The notes under the pieces are model-generated. The model was not told the origin of the DNA. It did not search any database and saw only the letters and a list, made by a program, of their open reading frames with translations. A program made the position numbers and the translations under genes. From assembly GCA_040876835.1 (NCBI GenBank), contig JBBDOX010000017.1:1-51903 (forward strand): 51,903 nt of DNA. The letters run 5' to 3'. The DNA is from Candidatus Anderseniibacteriota bacterium. GTDB lineage: Bacteria > Patescibacteriota > Andersenbacteria > UBA10190. Shown one piece after another: positions 17,750-27,179 of this stretch. Positions within the stretch are counted from its first letter, which is position 1. Every line of letters starts with the position of its first letter.

Positions 17750-18838
17750 ATGGCTAACAAAAAGGACACAATACGAATCAGCGACGCCAAGGTGATCGAT
17801 CTCTTCTGCGGGATCGGCGGCATGACGCATGGCTTTATACAATCCGGATTTGATGTAGTGGCAGGTATTGATAACGACCAGTCGTGCAGTTATGCATTTG
17901 AAACTAACAACAACGCTGCATTCATACATAAAGACATAGCCGATGTCTCAGCGGATGAACTGAATGCAGCCTTTGGCAAAACCACAATAAGAGTTTTAAT
18001 TGGTTGCGCTCCATGCCAACCATTCTCTTCTATGAATTCAAAAAAGATTCGCTACAAAAATAACCATGTGAAGTGGCAACCACTCGACGAATTTGCAAGA
18101 CTAATTCAGAAGGTGAAGCCGGAAATAGTATCAATGGAAAATGTGCGCGACCTTCAATACACAAAAAAGTATCCGGTATTTGAACGCTTTCTTAATACAC
18201 TCAATAAGTGCGGCTATCATGTCACCTTTAAAATTGTTAATACCGCTCGCTATGGCATTCCTCAAAAGCGTCATCGATTGGTTTTACTCGCCTCCCGTCT
18301 AGGTAGTATCAGCTTAATTCCTGAAACACATCCGGCAGGAAAAGAAATAACAGTGAGAAAAGCAATTTCTAGGCTACGACCAATTCAAGATGGAGAAGTA
18401 GACGCTAAGGATCCGCTCCACCGAGCAAGTAAATTAAACGACATAAATAAGAAAAGGATCATCGCCACTCCTCATAACGGTGGCAGTGCATCCGATTGGT
18501 CAAAAGAGTTACTCCCTCAGTGCTACCAGAAAGAGAGTGGTAAATCATATATGGCTTCAGTTTATGGAAGAATGCGCTGGGATGATGCTGCACCCACAAT
18601 GACAACTCACTGCATTACACTGGGAGCTGGCAGATTCGGGCATCCCGAACAAGACAGAGCTTTATCCCTACGCGAAGCCGCACTTATTCAGACTTTTCCA
18701 AGGAGATATAAATTCTTCACTAACAACAAAATGTCTATCAATCAAATTGCGAAGCATATTGGCAACGCTGTTCCGGTAAAACTAGGAGAAGTAATTGCGA
18801 CAAGCATCAAGCAACACCTACAACAACACTCTAACTAA
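17750..18838 (+). CDS. DNA (cytosine-5)-methyltransferase
   Basis: DLFCGIGG, GCAPCQPFS, ENV, PQKRHR, R.LSLREAA.IQTFP, IGNAVP. Confidence 0.95.
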   Translation: MANKKDTIRISDAKVIDLFCGIGGMTHGFIQSGFDVVAGIDNDQSCSYAFETNNNAAFIHKDIADVSADELNAAFGKTTIRVLIGCAPCQPFSSMNSKKIRYKNNHVKWQPLDEFARLIQKVKPEIVSMENVRDLQYTKKYPVFERFLNTLNKCGYHVTFKIVNTARYGIPQKRHRLVLLASRLGSISLIPETHPAGKEITVRKAISRLRPIQDGEVDAKDPLHRASKLNDINKKRIIATPHNGGSASDWSKELLPQCYQKESGKSYMASVYGRMRWDDAAPTMTTHCITLGAGRFGHPEQDRALSLREAALIQTFPRRYKFFTNNKMSINQIAKHIGNAVPVKLGEVIATSIKQHLQQHSN

Positions 18839-21389
18839 ACATCCTGTTCACTTCGCTCTGCCATTCTGATTGGGTAATTAGTTCGAACTGAACTTTCTTA
18901 GGAGTTTTTGGCAATCCTTCAACCTGCCCCCACGGTTGCTTAATTTTATCTACAAAAGCATTGTATATCTCAATTAGCTGGCGCTTATATGCCGTGTCTT
19001 CTGTACGCGCCAATTGTACACCTTTGGTTTCAACTACGTACACCTTCTGAAATTCATCTGGGTTTTCATTCGAAGTGGTAAAGATAAAATCAGGAAAGAA
19101 CTTTCCGCGTCGCCAGCCAATAAGCTTATAACCCTTCTTAGGTTTATTCCTGTACCACCAGTATGTACGATCCTTTTTATCTTCTAAATAATGCGCAAAT
19201 TCTGCTTCAAAGTCATTCATGCTTCCCTTCACAATCGGTTCAAACAAGCTCTTTTGATATGATTCTCTACCCTGTCCATCGTAATAGCTTTCTTTTTCTA
19301 ACACGGCATCTGCATTGAATCGCAATACGAACCGTATTTCATCTGCCTCAAGCTTCGCTAAAAAAACTTCCCTAGCCAAGCGGTTGATCTCACCAATCGA
19401 TTCATTATCCCCCGCAAGCAACCTGCGTAGCGCATCAAGGAAAAGAATTTGGTTCTCTTTAATCTCATCTTCACTAAACCGATTCTTTAGTACATCGATT
19501 GCCCTTCCTACTACTCGCTGCCCAATCCAAGGGTTGGGAATAAGATCAAGAATATTTCGAACAAAGAATGATTTATGAAATTCCGTATTTCGTAATGGGT
19601 TCTCCTGCAGCTCCTTTATCTCCAAAAATTCCTCTTGATCAGTCGCTGTGGAGGCAGTAAAGCTAAACGCTGTAATGGTTTGAAGTGACTGCTTTTTTGG
19701 ATCTATATGCACCTTCTCCAAACCCGAATAGTCTATTTTTTCATAATCAACAAAAGGCAATATATCGTAAGAAAAATCTAGTTCCCGCGTTTCGCCCTGT
19801 GAATCCTTTGTAACAAATGAGGGTAGGATGAAATCATGGAGACTCTTCTGGAATGCGTCAGTGCGAATATCTTGCTTCTTTCGCTCTCCAAGATCCGTAT
19901 TCTTGGTATTAGTTTTCACCCGATCAAAGAGATCACCCATCCCATCATGTTCAAATCCTTTCTGAATAACTGAAATGAGCTTTTTTGAAGTATCGCGCAA
20001 GCAAAGAACATAGCTTTCATCCAGTAATTTATTGCCCGTTTTGCGAGCGTACGGTTGCCGCAGCACTCGACCTACTAATTGTGTTAAAGCGCTTGAGGAT
20101 TTTGAACTGCTTAACACGGTGAGTACATACGCAAATGAGCAATCCCACCCTTCCTGTAGTGCCTGCTTGGTAATGATAAAACGAATAGGGGAAGAGGAAG
20201 ATAAGAGATCAATCCCTTCAATATCATTCTGGCTACTCGTTTTAATCGCAATCTGTTCTTCAGGAATCCCCCGATCAATTAAGTATTCTTTAACGTCATC
20301 GGCATGGATTGCATCAGCGCCCCGCTGATCCTTTCCGGTTTTTTCTACTTGAATAAGATTGATCGGACGAATATATACTCCTGTCTGGCTTTTATACTTC
20401 TCCGCTTCTGCCTGTAATTTATCAAGATGCTCAACAGAAAAATCTACAAGTCGCTGCCATTCCTGCACCTCTTCTTCGATGAGGTTAAGATCCAGTTTAA
20501 TCATGGCTTCTTCCTCAAGCTCACGTCCGGCAACTGAGAACAACACATTAGCATCTTCGATTGGTGTCGCAGTCAATTCACAAACACACGAGGGATTACA
20601 CTCATTAATTGCACTTAGAGCCAATTCACTCTTCGCCTTATGCCCTTCATCAAGAACAACCAATGGTTCAAGAATCTTTACCACATTGCCTAATGAAGTT
20701 TTGATCGCCCCTCCGTATAGGCTGTCGAAACTCTGGCTCAAATCAAGATTCGGAAACATTTCGTATAAAGCCTTTTGTTTGGGCTGATCAGTCTCAAGTG
20801 GAAAGAAATCAGGGAAACGACCATTATCTTGAAAGAATTTCAGATCATCTTTCTTCAACTTATCTCGACCAAAAGACTGCAGCATCAACACTAATACAAC
20901 TAACCCATTTTGAACGTCAGAAGGGGAAAAAGAATCCTTCTTTGTTATGATTTTGACCCGTCCACTTGTAACATCATCAAGCTTTTCACGATAGGGATGG
21001 GATCGGTCTTTTAAAGCTTCAATGGTTTGCGCAAAAATCTGTTCACTGGGCACAACCCACAACACCAGTCCCGTTTTCTTTTTCTTAACGTGCTGTAAGA
21101 ACAAATCAATAGCATACGTTGCCATGAGTGTTTTACCTCCACCAGTAGGGAGCTTCAAGCAAAATGTAGGACAATATTTACCATGACCCGTTTTACGAGC
21201 GGTATATGAATGATTGACATGCCCTTCTGGAAAAACTTGCTGCCAAGCATCCTCGGCATAATCCCCTACCTTCTCTTTAAACTTTTCAGGTACTTCTTCA
21301 TATTCATGCATTGCTTTTTCAAGCTCACGAAAATACGAGTCCATTGCCTCGACAGTATGCCGCTGAAAGTTTTTCAGTAAAAAAGGCAT
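18831..21389 (-). CDS. res: Type III restriction endonuclease Res subunit
   Basis: PTGGGKT, LDEGH, TATP, ALQEGWDC, QLVGRVLR; C-terminal PDFIF...VETKG nuclease motif. Confidence 0.9.
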   Translation of the reverse strand: MPFLLKNFQRHTVEAMDSYFRELEKAMHEYEEVPEKFKEKVGDYAEDAWQQVFPEGHVNHSYTARKTGHGKYCPTFCLKLPTGGGKTLMATYAIDLFLQHVKKKKTGLVLWVVPSEQIFAQTIEALKDRSHPYREKLDDVTSGRVKIITKKDSFSPSDVQNGLVVLVLMLQSFGRDKLKKDDLKFFQDNGRFPDFFPLETDQPKQKALYEMFPNLDLSQSFDSLYGGAIKTSLGNVVKILEPLVVLDEGHKAKSELALSAINECNPSCVCELTATPIEDANVLFSVAGRELEEEAMIKLDLNLIEEEVQEWQRLVDFSVEHLDKLQAEAEKYKSQTGVYIRPINLIQVEKTGKDQRGADAIHADDVKEYLIDRGIPEEQIAIKTSSQNDIEGIDLLSSSSPIRFIITKQALQEGWDCSFAYVLTVLSSSKSSSALTQLVGRVLRQPYARKTGNKLLDESYVLCLRDTSKKLISVIQKGFEHDGMGDLFDRVKTNTKNTDLGERKKQDIRTDAFQKSLHDFILPSFVTKDSQGETRELDFSYDILPFVDYEKIDYSGLEKVHIDPKKQSLQTITAFSFTASTATDQEEFLEIKELQENPLRNTEFHKSFFVRNILDLIPNPWIGQRVVGRAIDVLKNRFSEDEIKENQILFLDALRRLLAGDNESIGEINRLAREVFLAKLEADEIRFVLRFNADAVLEKESYYDGQGRESYQKSLFEPIVKGSMNDFEAEFAHYLEDKKDRTYWWYRNKPKKGYKLIGWRRGKFFPDFIFTTSNENPDEFQKVYVVETKGVQLARTEDTAYKRQLIEIYNAFVDKIKQPWGQVEGLPKTPKKVQFELITQSEWQSEVNRMFS

Positions 21390-22999
21390 TACTCAGCCAA
21401 CCTATATATCTCAAAAGGCAACTGAGCGAAACGGATATTCCGATCCCGTAGATCAAACTCTTCTAAGAAACATGCTGGAGCAAACACAAGCTTCGCCTCT
21501 TCCGGAAATTGCTTTTCAATTTCCTCTGCAAAATCCAGATTCAGTGCCATCTCTCGAAGCTTATCTGCATCTGGCTCATACATCATAAACACCTGATATG
21601 TTGCAGATTTTCCAAGATAGTATTTGCTCTTGTCTAAAGCCTTCGGCTTAAAAACTTCACCAGTTGCTGTATAGAACGTGTATTGTGCTAAATCTTCATA
21701 GGAAGGCAATTTCTTGCCTTCAAGAATATCATCCACATCAACTGGATCACCAAGCTTGTAAAAACTAAACGATCCACCAAACCCTTCTTTTAGGTTTCCG
21801 TCCTTCGCTTCTGGAATACCCTTTATTACCCGCCTCACTCGCTCAGCTGTAATTTTATCTGCATAATCTTCCATCTCCACTAGGATAAATTTCCGATTAC
21901 CACCATCCTCTTTATTTTGAGCTAACACAGCATGGGCAGTTGTGCCTGAACCAGCAAAGGAATCGAGCACAATGTCATTCTTACTTGTGGCAACATCTAA
22001 TATCTTCTTGATAAATTTTGTTGGCTTTGGCGTCTTGAATAAATCAGCAGTCTCTTTCTCTGGAAAGATTTTCTTTAGCTCATACTTTGCATTGCGATTA
22101 TGTCCCGTTTCCTCAATATCTGCCCATAAGGTTGAAGGTGCCAGACCTTTCTGATCTACTAGGTAAGTTTTTTTGATAAGACGCTTCCCATCCTCACTAA
22201 AGATTACTTCTCTTTCCTCTATTTTCTCTAATAAAACTTCCTCAGACCATCTCCATCCATTCGCAGGCGAGCTAATCTCATGACCTTGTGGAGAAGTTAT
22301 TTTGTACTTTAAGTTTTCTCTCGGATTTGGTGAGGAAAGATTACCTGGAAACCAAGCCCCTCTTGGGTCATCATCAGGGTTTGTATAATGAGCGTTATCT
22401 TCATCTGTACGATCTAATAAATTGGTTTTCCATCCTGGGTTTTTAGAGAAAACAATCGTCTCATTATGATCAAGTGAAAATTGCTTCGCATCATTATTAG
22501 AAGAATCAGCTGACCGCCAAATAATAGTTGCGACATAACGATCCTCTCCAAAGATTTCTTCCATCATTGAACGTAAGTTATGAGCTTCGTTATCGTCTAT
22601 TGATACAAAAATAACTCCCTCATCGCTTAAAAGTTCTCGAAGCAGTTTTAACCTCGGATACATCATGCAGCACCATTTGTCGTGTCTCGCCAAATCGTCT
22701 CTTCCTACCTCCTCTTTCAACCATTTCTGAATCATGGGGGAGTTAACATTGTCATTATAAGCCCACCCCTCATTGCCCGTGTTATAAGGCGGATCAATAT
22801 AGATACATTTCACCTTGCCAGCGTAGGTTGGCAGCAATGCTTTGAGTGCTTTTAGATTGTCGCCGTGCACTATAAGGTTGTCATCCAGCGATGGTTCGTC
22901 TGATAGGCTTTTCTTTTTGTCCGGTAACAGCTCATGAAATTTAACCGTATGGTGATGGTTTTGAATGACTGGCTTACCTTTGAAGTGCAAAATTGGCAT
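21389..22999 (-). CDS. mod: Type III R-M Mod subunit (amino-methyltransferase)
   Basis: GDNLKALK, IYIDPPYNTG, TPKP, DSFAGSGTTAHAV; stop overlaps the res start codon. Confidence 0.92.
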   Translation of the reverse strand: MPILHFKGKPVIQNHHHTVKFHELLPDKKKSLSDEPSLDDNLIVHGDNLKALKALLPTYAGKVKCIYIDPPYNTGNEGWAYNDNVNSPMIQKWLKEEVGRDDLARHDKWCCMMYPRLKLLRELLSDEGVIFVSIDDNEAHNLRSMMEEIFGEDRYVATIIWRSADSSNNDAKQFSLDHNETIVFSKNPGWKTNLLDRTDEDNAHYTNPDDDPRGAWFPGNLSSPNPRENLKYKITSPQGHEISSPANGWRWSEEVLLEKIEEREVIFSEDGKRLIKKTYLVDQKGLAPSTLWADIEETGHNRNAKYELKKIFPEKETADLFKTPKPTKFIKKILDVATSKNDIVLDSFAGSGTTAHAVLAQNKEDGGNRKFILVEMEDYADKITAERVRRVIKGIPEAKDGNLKEGFGGSFSFYKLGDPVDVDDILEGKKLPSYEDLAQYTFYTATGEVFKPKALDKSKYYLGKSATYQVFMMYEPDADKLREMALNLDFAEEIEKQFPEEAKLVFAPACFLEEFDLRDRNIRFAQLPFEIYRLAE

Positions 23000-23061
23000 A
23001 TTTATACTTTAACAGATCGACGGCTTATAGTCCCAAAAAGTAACTAATTAATCAATAAAGA

Positions 23062-24150
23062 TTACTTTTTGCGCTTCTTTATAAGCTCAAGTAAATCAGC
23101 TTCGCTCTCAAATCCCTTCAATCTTCCTGTTAACACGCCAAGCCTTGAAGTAATTCCATCGCTCATCAGCCGCCAGTTGGTATTCTCAAGTTTCCCTTTA
23201 ACCAATCGTTGCAGATCATATTTGCTGGCAGCGTCGCTCCGGTCTCCCTTTGTATCTTGCGCTGTAAAACTAACAACAACATGCCGCTGTATCTCTGGCT
23301 GCAAAAATTCAAGTCGTTGATAGCCACCCTCTTTTAACTCTGCTTTAAGCAGGCTTTCTAATTGCGCCACTGACACTTTTTCCAATCGCTTCAGTTGATC
23401 GTAAAGATGTTTGTTCTTTTCCTTCTCCTTGAAGCTATCAACCAAGTCTTTCATTCCAGCAAATTTAACTTTGTAGTGTCGCCATTTTTCACCTTCTTCA
23501 ATTGAAAGACAAAAACGAGCACGATCATTTATGTACTCCGGATCCTCTTCAATAGGGGGCTTATCAGAAAGATCCGTGATGTCCTTATCGCGATACTCAC
23601 AGCGCGGACAGTTGTAGTATCGAATGATAGCCTTCTTAGTACGCCGCACTTTCTCGATCACTTCAACATTACATTTTGGGCAAAGCGTCGGCTCAACAGT
23701 AAATTCATCACCGTTATCAAAAATTCCTCTACCAGGCTTGCAGCCACTGCTGCAAAACAAGAAGAACAACACTCTCTCCTGATCATGTAAATCATAGTAG
23801 TCTCGCATATCGCAGACCATTTCATCACCACAGTTGCGGCAGTTTATATTACTAGGCGGTTGTTTGCTTGCCACAAATTCATCTATTTGCTCATCGCGTG
23901 TCATCCATTTCTGTATCGTCTCTTCCTTTTCTATATACATGTCCGCCTTAGCAAAAGAGAGATATAACCCCATTGTCATATCACGAACCACCTCCTGCAT
24001 TTTTTTAGTTGGGTTAGGAATATCCTTCGTACCCTTAGAGTAGTCAGTTTCGATAAATCTTTTCTCTATTTCGCGGCATCTATCGACAGTTATTCGATCA
24101 TATAGGTCGTTATAGTCCTGTTTTGATTGAAGATGGTTGTGTGTTTTCAC
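23062..24150 (-). CDS. Hypothetical protein with four Cys pairs (two putative Zn ribbons)
   Basis: CRNC, CSSGC, CPKC, CPRC; C-terminal TNWRLMSDGITSRLGVLTGRL. Confidence 0.8.
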   Translation of the reverse strand: MKTHNHLQSKQDYNDLYDRITVDRCREIEKRFIETDYSKGTKDIPNPTKKMQEVVRDMTMGLYLSFAKADMYIEKEETIQKWMTRDEQIDEFVASKQPPSNINCRNCGDEMVCDMRDYYDLHDQERVLFFLFCSSGCKPGRGIFDNGDEFTVEPTLCPKCNVEVIEKVRRTKKAIIRYYNCPRCEYRDKDITDLSDKPPIEEDPEYINDRARFCLSIEEGEKWRHYKVKFAGMKDLVDSFKEKEKNKHLYDQLKRLEKVSVAQLESLLKAELKEGGYQRLEFLQPEIQRHVVVSFTAQDTKGDRSDAASKYDLQRLVKGKLENTNWRLMSDGITSRLGVLTGRLKGFESEADLLELIKKRKK

Positions 24151-24244
24151 TGGCGACTATTCTGGTTTAGATTGCATGCATTCAAGCTACTTCATTGAAC
24201 ATACATTGATTGTCTAGTACACGCGTATATAGCCAATAAATGGC

Positions 24245-24685
24245 TTAATTAATGCTGGTTTTTACCGTGTGTCCCTTCTTGCGTAACGTATCTACTGCTC
24301 CATGGAAAGTATTAATCATACCCTTGGAGACTGAGATACCCTCTTTGCCTCTCAAATTCATTACGTCCTCTTGAAACCCATATTCCTTTGCCATCCTGAA
24401 TAACCCATCAAGATCCGTCTGCTTACCATCGACTGTAACTTTTGTAGCTAATAGCGACTCTTCAACAAGCTTCCGGCTCGATTCTTCAAACTTTATATCT
24501 TTAGCAAACTTTGTCTTCTTTTGTTGGTCATTCCAGCCGATCCAAGCGAAGAGAATTATCGTTAATATTAGAGCTCCTGAACCAATAGATTTGTTCTCTA
24601 GCGAGAACAACCAATAAAAAGCCAGCAACAGCAGAATGCCGCCAAAGAACAGTAATCCTCCTTGGCTATCCTCCTGTATTCGCAT
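24245..24685 (-). CDS. Hypothetical 2-TM membrane protein
   Basis: Two N-terminal TM helices and a ~95-aa soluble C-terminus. Confidence 0.7.
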   Translation of the reverse strand: MRIQEDSQGGLLFFGGILLLLAFYWLFSLENKSIGSGALILTIILFAWIGWNDQQKKTKFAKDIKFEESSRKLVEESLLATKVTVDGKQTDLDGLFRMAKEYGFQEDVMNLRGKEGISVSKGMINTFHGAVDTLRKKGHTVKTSIN

Positions 24686-24789
24686 AGGTACTGCTATCTA
24701 TTGCCATCATTACTTTATACGCCTCATCACCCATAAATGCTAGTTATTGACTGTAGATCCATTGACTGCAACCAGCGGATCATAAAGGA

Positions 24790-25005
24790 ATGGCACGGGA
24801 TATACGTTATTACTTTGGGCAACGAGTCAGAGCACTACGGGAGCAGCGTGGTTATTCCCAAGAAGATCTGGGTATGAAGGCAAAGATCCACCGCACTTAT
24901 ATTGGTTCCGTCGAGCGCGGCGAGCAAAATGTTTCGATTATCAATATTGAGAAAATTGCCCGCGCCCTTGGCATTCCTTTAGGTGAGCTATTCCGGAAGC
25001 TATAA
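24790..25005 (+). CDS. XRE-family HTH regulator (R-M controller C-protein-like)
   Basis: FGQRVRALR...SQEDLG...IHRTYIGSVERGEQNVSIINIEKIARAL; AAGGA RBS. Confidence 0.9.
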   Translation: MARDIRYYFGQRVRALREQRGYSQEDLGMKAKIHRTYIGSVERGEQNVSIINIEKIARALGIPLGELFRKL

Positions 25006-25012
25006 AGTCCAG

Positions 25013-25040
25013 TTGACGCTCTCGTAACAGAGAGTAAAAT
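25013..25040 (+). promoter_or_regulatory. sigma70 promoter with a palindromic spacer
   Basis: TTGACG-16-TAAAAT; spacer CTCTC-gtaaca-GAGAG. Confidence 0.55.
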
Positions 25041-25047
25041 AAAGACA

Positions 25048-25184
25048 GTTCATTACAGGAATTGAATATCGGTCGAAAGACCACTCTTGAAAGGAGAAGT
25101 TGATCCCTATGCGATTTGTTATCATTGCGTGGGATTTTTGATTTTAAGATGAACAAAAACCGACGCAATCACGTCGGTTTTTTT
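25048..25184 (+). ncRNA. Candidate multi-stem structured RNA followed by an intrinsic terminator
   Basis: Closing stem GTTCAT/ATGAAC, GGTC-GAAA-GACC, CTCT-TGAAA-GGAG, ATCCC..GCGAT/ATTGC..GGGAT, then AAAAACCGACG/CGTCGGTTTTTTT. Confidence 0.55.
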
Positions 25185-25195
25185 GTTGGCGAATA

Positions 25196-25279
25196 GCATT
25201 GGGTATCAGAGCTCGTTAGCGAGCTTGCGAGGTTGCCATATACCCAATGCGCCTCGCTAGTTCACTAATGAGCTTTTTT
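25196..25279 (+). promoter_or_regulatory. Candidate attenuator with interleaved inverted repeats upstream of the primase gene
   Basis: A 25196-25206 pairs with A' 25240-25250; B 25208-25232 pairs with B' 25252-25276; T6 tract at 25274-25279. Confidence 0.5.
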
Positions 25280-25283
25280 ATTC

Positions 25284-27179
25284 ATGGATTCAGATCCAAA
25301 ACAAAATTCTTCAACTTCTCCTTCAGAGCTACTGAACGCTGCCTTGTCGTATAGACGACAAGGTTTCTGCCCTATTCCCGTCCATCCCAACCATAAAGGG
25401 GCATTAATCGAGTGGAAAAATTTTCAAAATGAACTACCGACCGAGAAGCAAATTAAAGAATGGTGGACAAAATTCCCAAACGCAAACATTGCCTTAATTT
25501 CCGGACACAACGGTTTAGTCATTCTTGATATAGACGTAAAGAGTAATCTCGAAAATAAACCAATTGCGGAAAAGATCGCTACTGCAATGCACGGAAAAGC
25601 GCCAGTTGTCAGAACACCATCTGGCGGTATCCATATTCACCTACGGGAGACGGACACAAAAAGCCAATTTGTGAAATTTGGCGACCTTGGGGAATTTCGC
25701 GCTGACGGTAAATACACCCTAGTGCCACCATCAAAAGGATATGCATTTGAAGGAGATTTAACCGAACCGCTTGAAGTACCTGACGCGTGGGAAGTAGTGA
25801 CGGGATTCCTTCGATCATTTGGTATTGATACCGAACAGTACAAGAAGACCGGAATGCCACAGGATGTTCTTTCGCAACCTATAACAAAAAACTATAGAAA
25901 CGACACCTTAGCAAGTATTGCAGGATCATTGCGCAAAAGGGGAGCAACTCCCGACATTTTACGAGCAACGCTCAAAGCGATTAACCAAGAAAACTGTGAT
26001 CCACCGTTACCCGATAGTGAAGTTGAATCAATAGCTAATAGCATCAATCGCTATCCAGCAGGACAACAAAGCTTCCCTTCCAACCTTAAAGAACAGCCAT
26101 TGGAGGAGGTTCTGGCGCTGAAGACCATTAGCGCCGGTGAATTACAGAAAAGAGCATTGGAATTTTTAAAACCGGTTGAATCCCTACCCGTTCTTGGTCG
26201 TAGCGGATTTCTCCCCGAGGGTTGGTGCATTTTAGTTGCTGGTGCTCCTAAAGCGGGAAAAACGGAGCTAATCGTTGCTGCCTTGCAGGATTGGAGAAAA
26301 CCAATTTTGTTTATTTCCGAAGAGCCAGAAGTGGTATGGGCAAGAAGATTATCAGAAGGAGAAAAAAATTGGGAGGAAATAAAATTAGATATTGCTTTCT
26401 ACATAGGAATAGGGAGTCACTCAGTAGCAAAGTTTATAACCGAAACCTCTGCCGAAGTAGTTATCATCGATACTGTCAGAAATGTCATAGGAGGTTATGA
26501 CGAAAACGACAATTCGCAAGTCGCCGCAGCTATTAATCCCGTAATTAAAGCGGCTAGAGCCAATAATAAAACCTTGATTCTTCTCCACCACATGAGAAAA
26601 GGTGGCGGAGATAATGGTGAGGGCATCTCGGGCGGACATGCTTTATTTGGCGCAGTAGATGTTGGTCTTGAAATTACTAGGAATGGGACAGCAAAAAATC
26701 AAAGAATTCTTAAAGGATGGGGTCGCATATTTGAAATCCCTGAACTTTTATACGAAAGAACCGAAGAAGGCAATCTGATTGCGCTTGGTGCCCCACAAGA
26801 AGTTAGCCTTAATAGCGTTAAGAAAAGAGCTTGCGAAGCACTCTATCATGACGAATGGCAATCAGTTAAGGAAATTTTAAATCGCCTTGGAGATCCAAAA
26901 CCAAGCGACGAGCAACTTCGAGTAGCTCTGAAGGAGCTTGCTTTGGCAGGGGAAGTACTAAGAGATCCAGATATCAGCGTAGGTAAAAAGCAGGGAAAGG
27001 GACAAAAGTGGAAACTTCCCGCTGACCCTACTTCCAATGATCAAGGTCTTAGGTTGGAAGAAAAGAGCAGCCACCAAAAGGTCTTTAATGCCGACGACAT
27101 CAATATTTCGGAATTGATAAGTTTGAAACCAGAGGACGAAGAGGCACAAGTACCACTCTTAAAGGAAGAAAATGAATAG
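25284..27179 (+). CDS. Bifunctional primase-polymerase + PriCT + AAA_25/RepA-like helicase
   Basis: ILDID and RTPSGGIHIH (Prim-Pol); RNDTLASIAG...CDPPLPDSEV (PriCT); GAPKAGKT, VIIDT and LLHHMRK (helicase). Confidence 0.88.
   Translation: MDSDPKQNSSTSPSELLNAALSYRRQGFCPIPVHPNHKGALIEWKNFQNELPTEKQIKEWWTKFPNANIALISGHNGLVILDIDVKSNLENKPIAEKIATAMHGKAPVVRTPSGGIHIHLRETDTKSQFVKFGDLGEFRADGKYTLVPPSKGYAFEGDLTEPLEVPDAWEVVTGFLRSFGIDTEQYKKTGMPQDVLSQPITKNYRNDTLASIAGSLRKRGATPDILRATLKAINQENCDPPLPDSEVESIANSINRYPAGQQSFPSNLKEQPLEEVLALKTISAGELQKRALEFLKPVESLPVLGRSGFLPEGWCILVAGAPKAGKTELIVAALQDWRKPILFISEEPEVVWARRLSEGEKNWEEIKLDIAFYIGIGSHSVAKFITETSAEVVIIDTVRNVIGGYDENDNSQVAAAINPVIKAARANNKTLILLHHMRKGGGDNGEGISGGHALFGAVDVGLEITRNGTAKNQRILKGWGRIFEIPELLYERTEEGNLIALGAPQEVSLNSVKKRACEALYHDEWQSVKEILNRLGDPKPSDEQLRVALKELALAGEVLRDPDISVGKKQGKGQKWKLPADPTSNDQGLRLEEKSSHQKVFNADDINISELISLKPEDEEAQVPLLKEENE

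Noticed and set aside
25048-25154. Cloverleaf-like fold as a tRNA
   Set aside because: No T-loop (GTTCRA) at the expected position, no 7-nt anticodon loop and no CCA end; kept as a non-tRNA ncRNA candidate.
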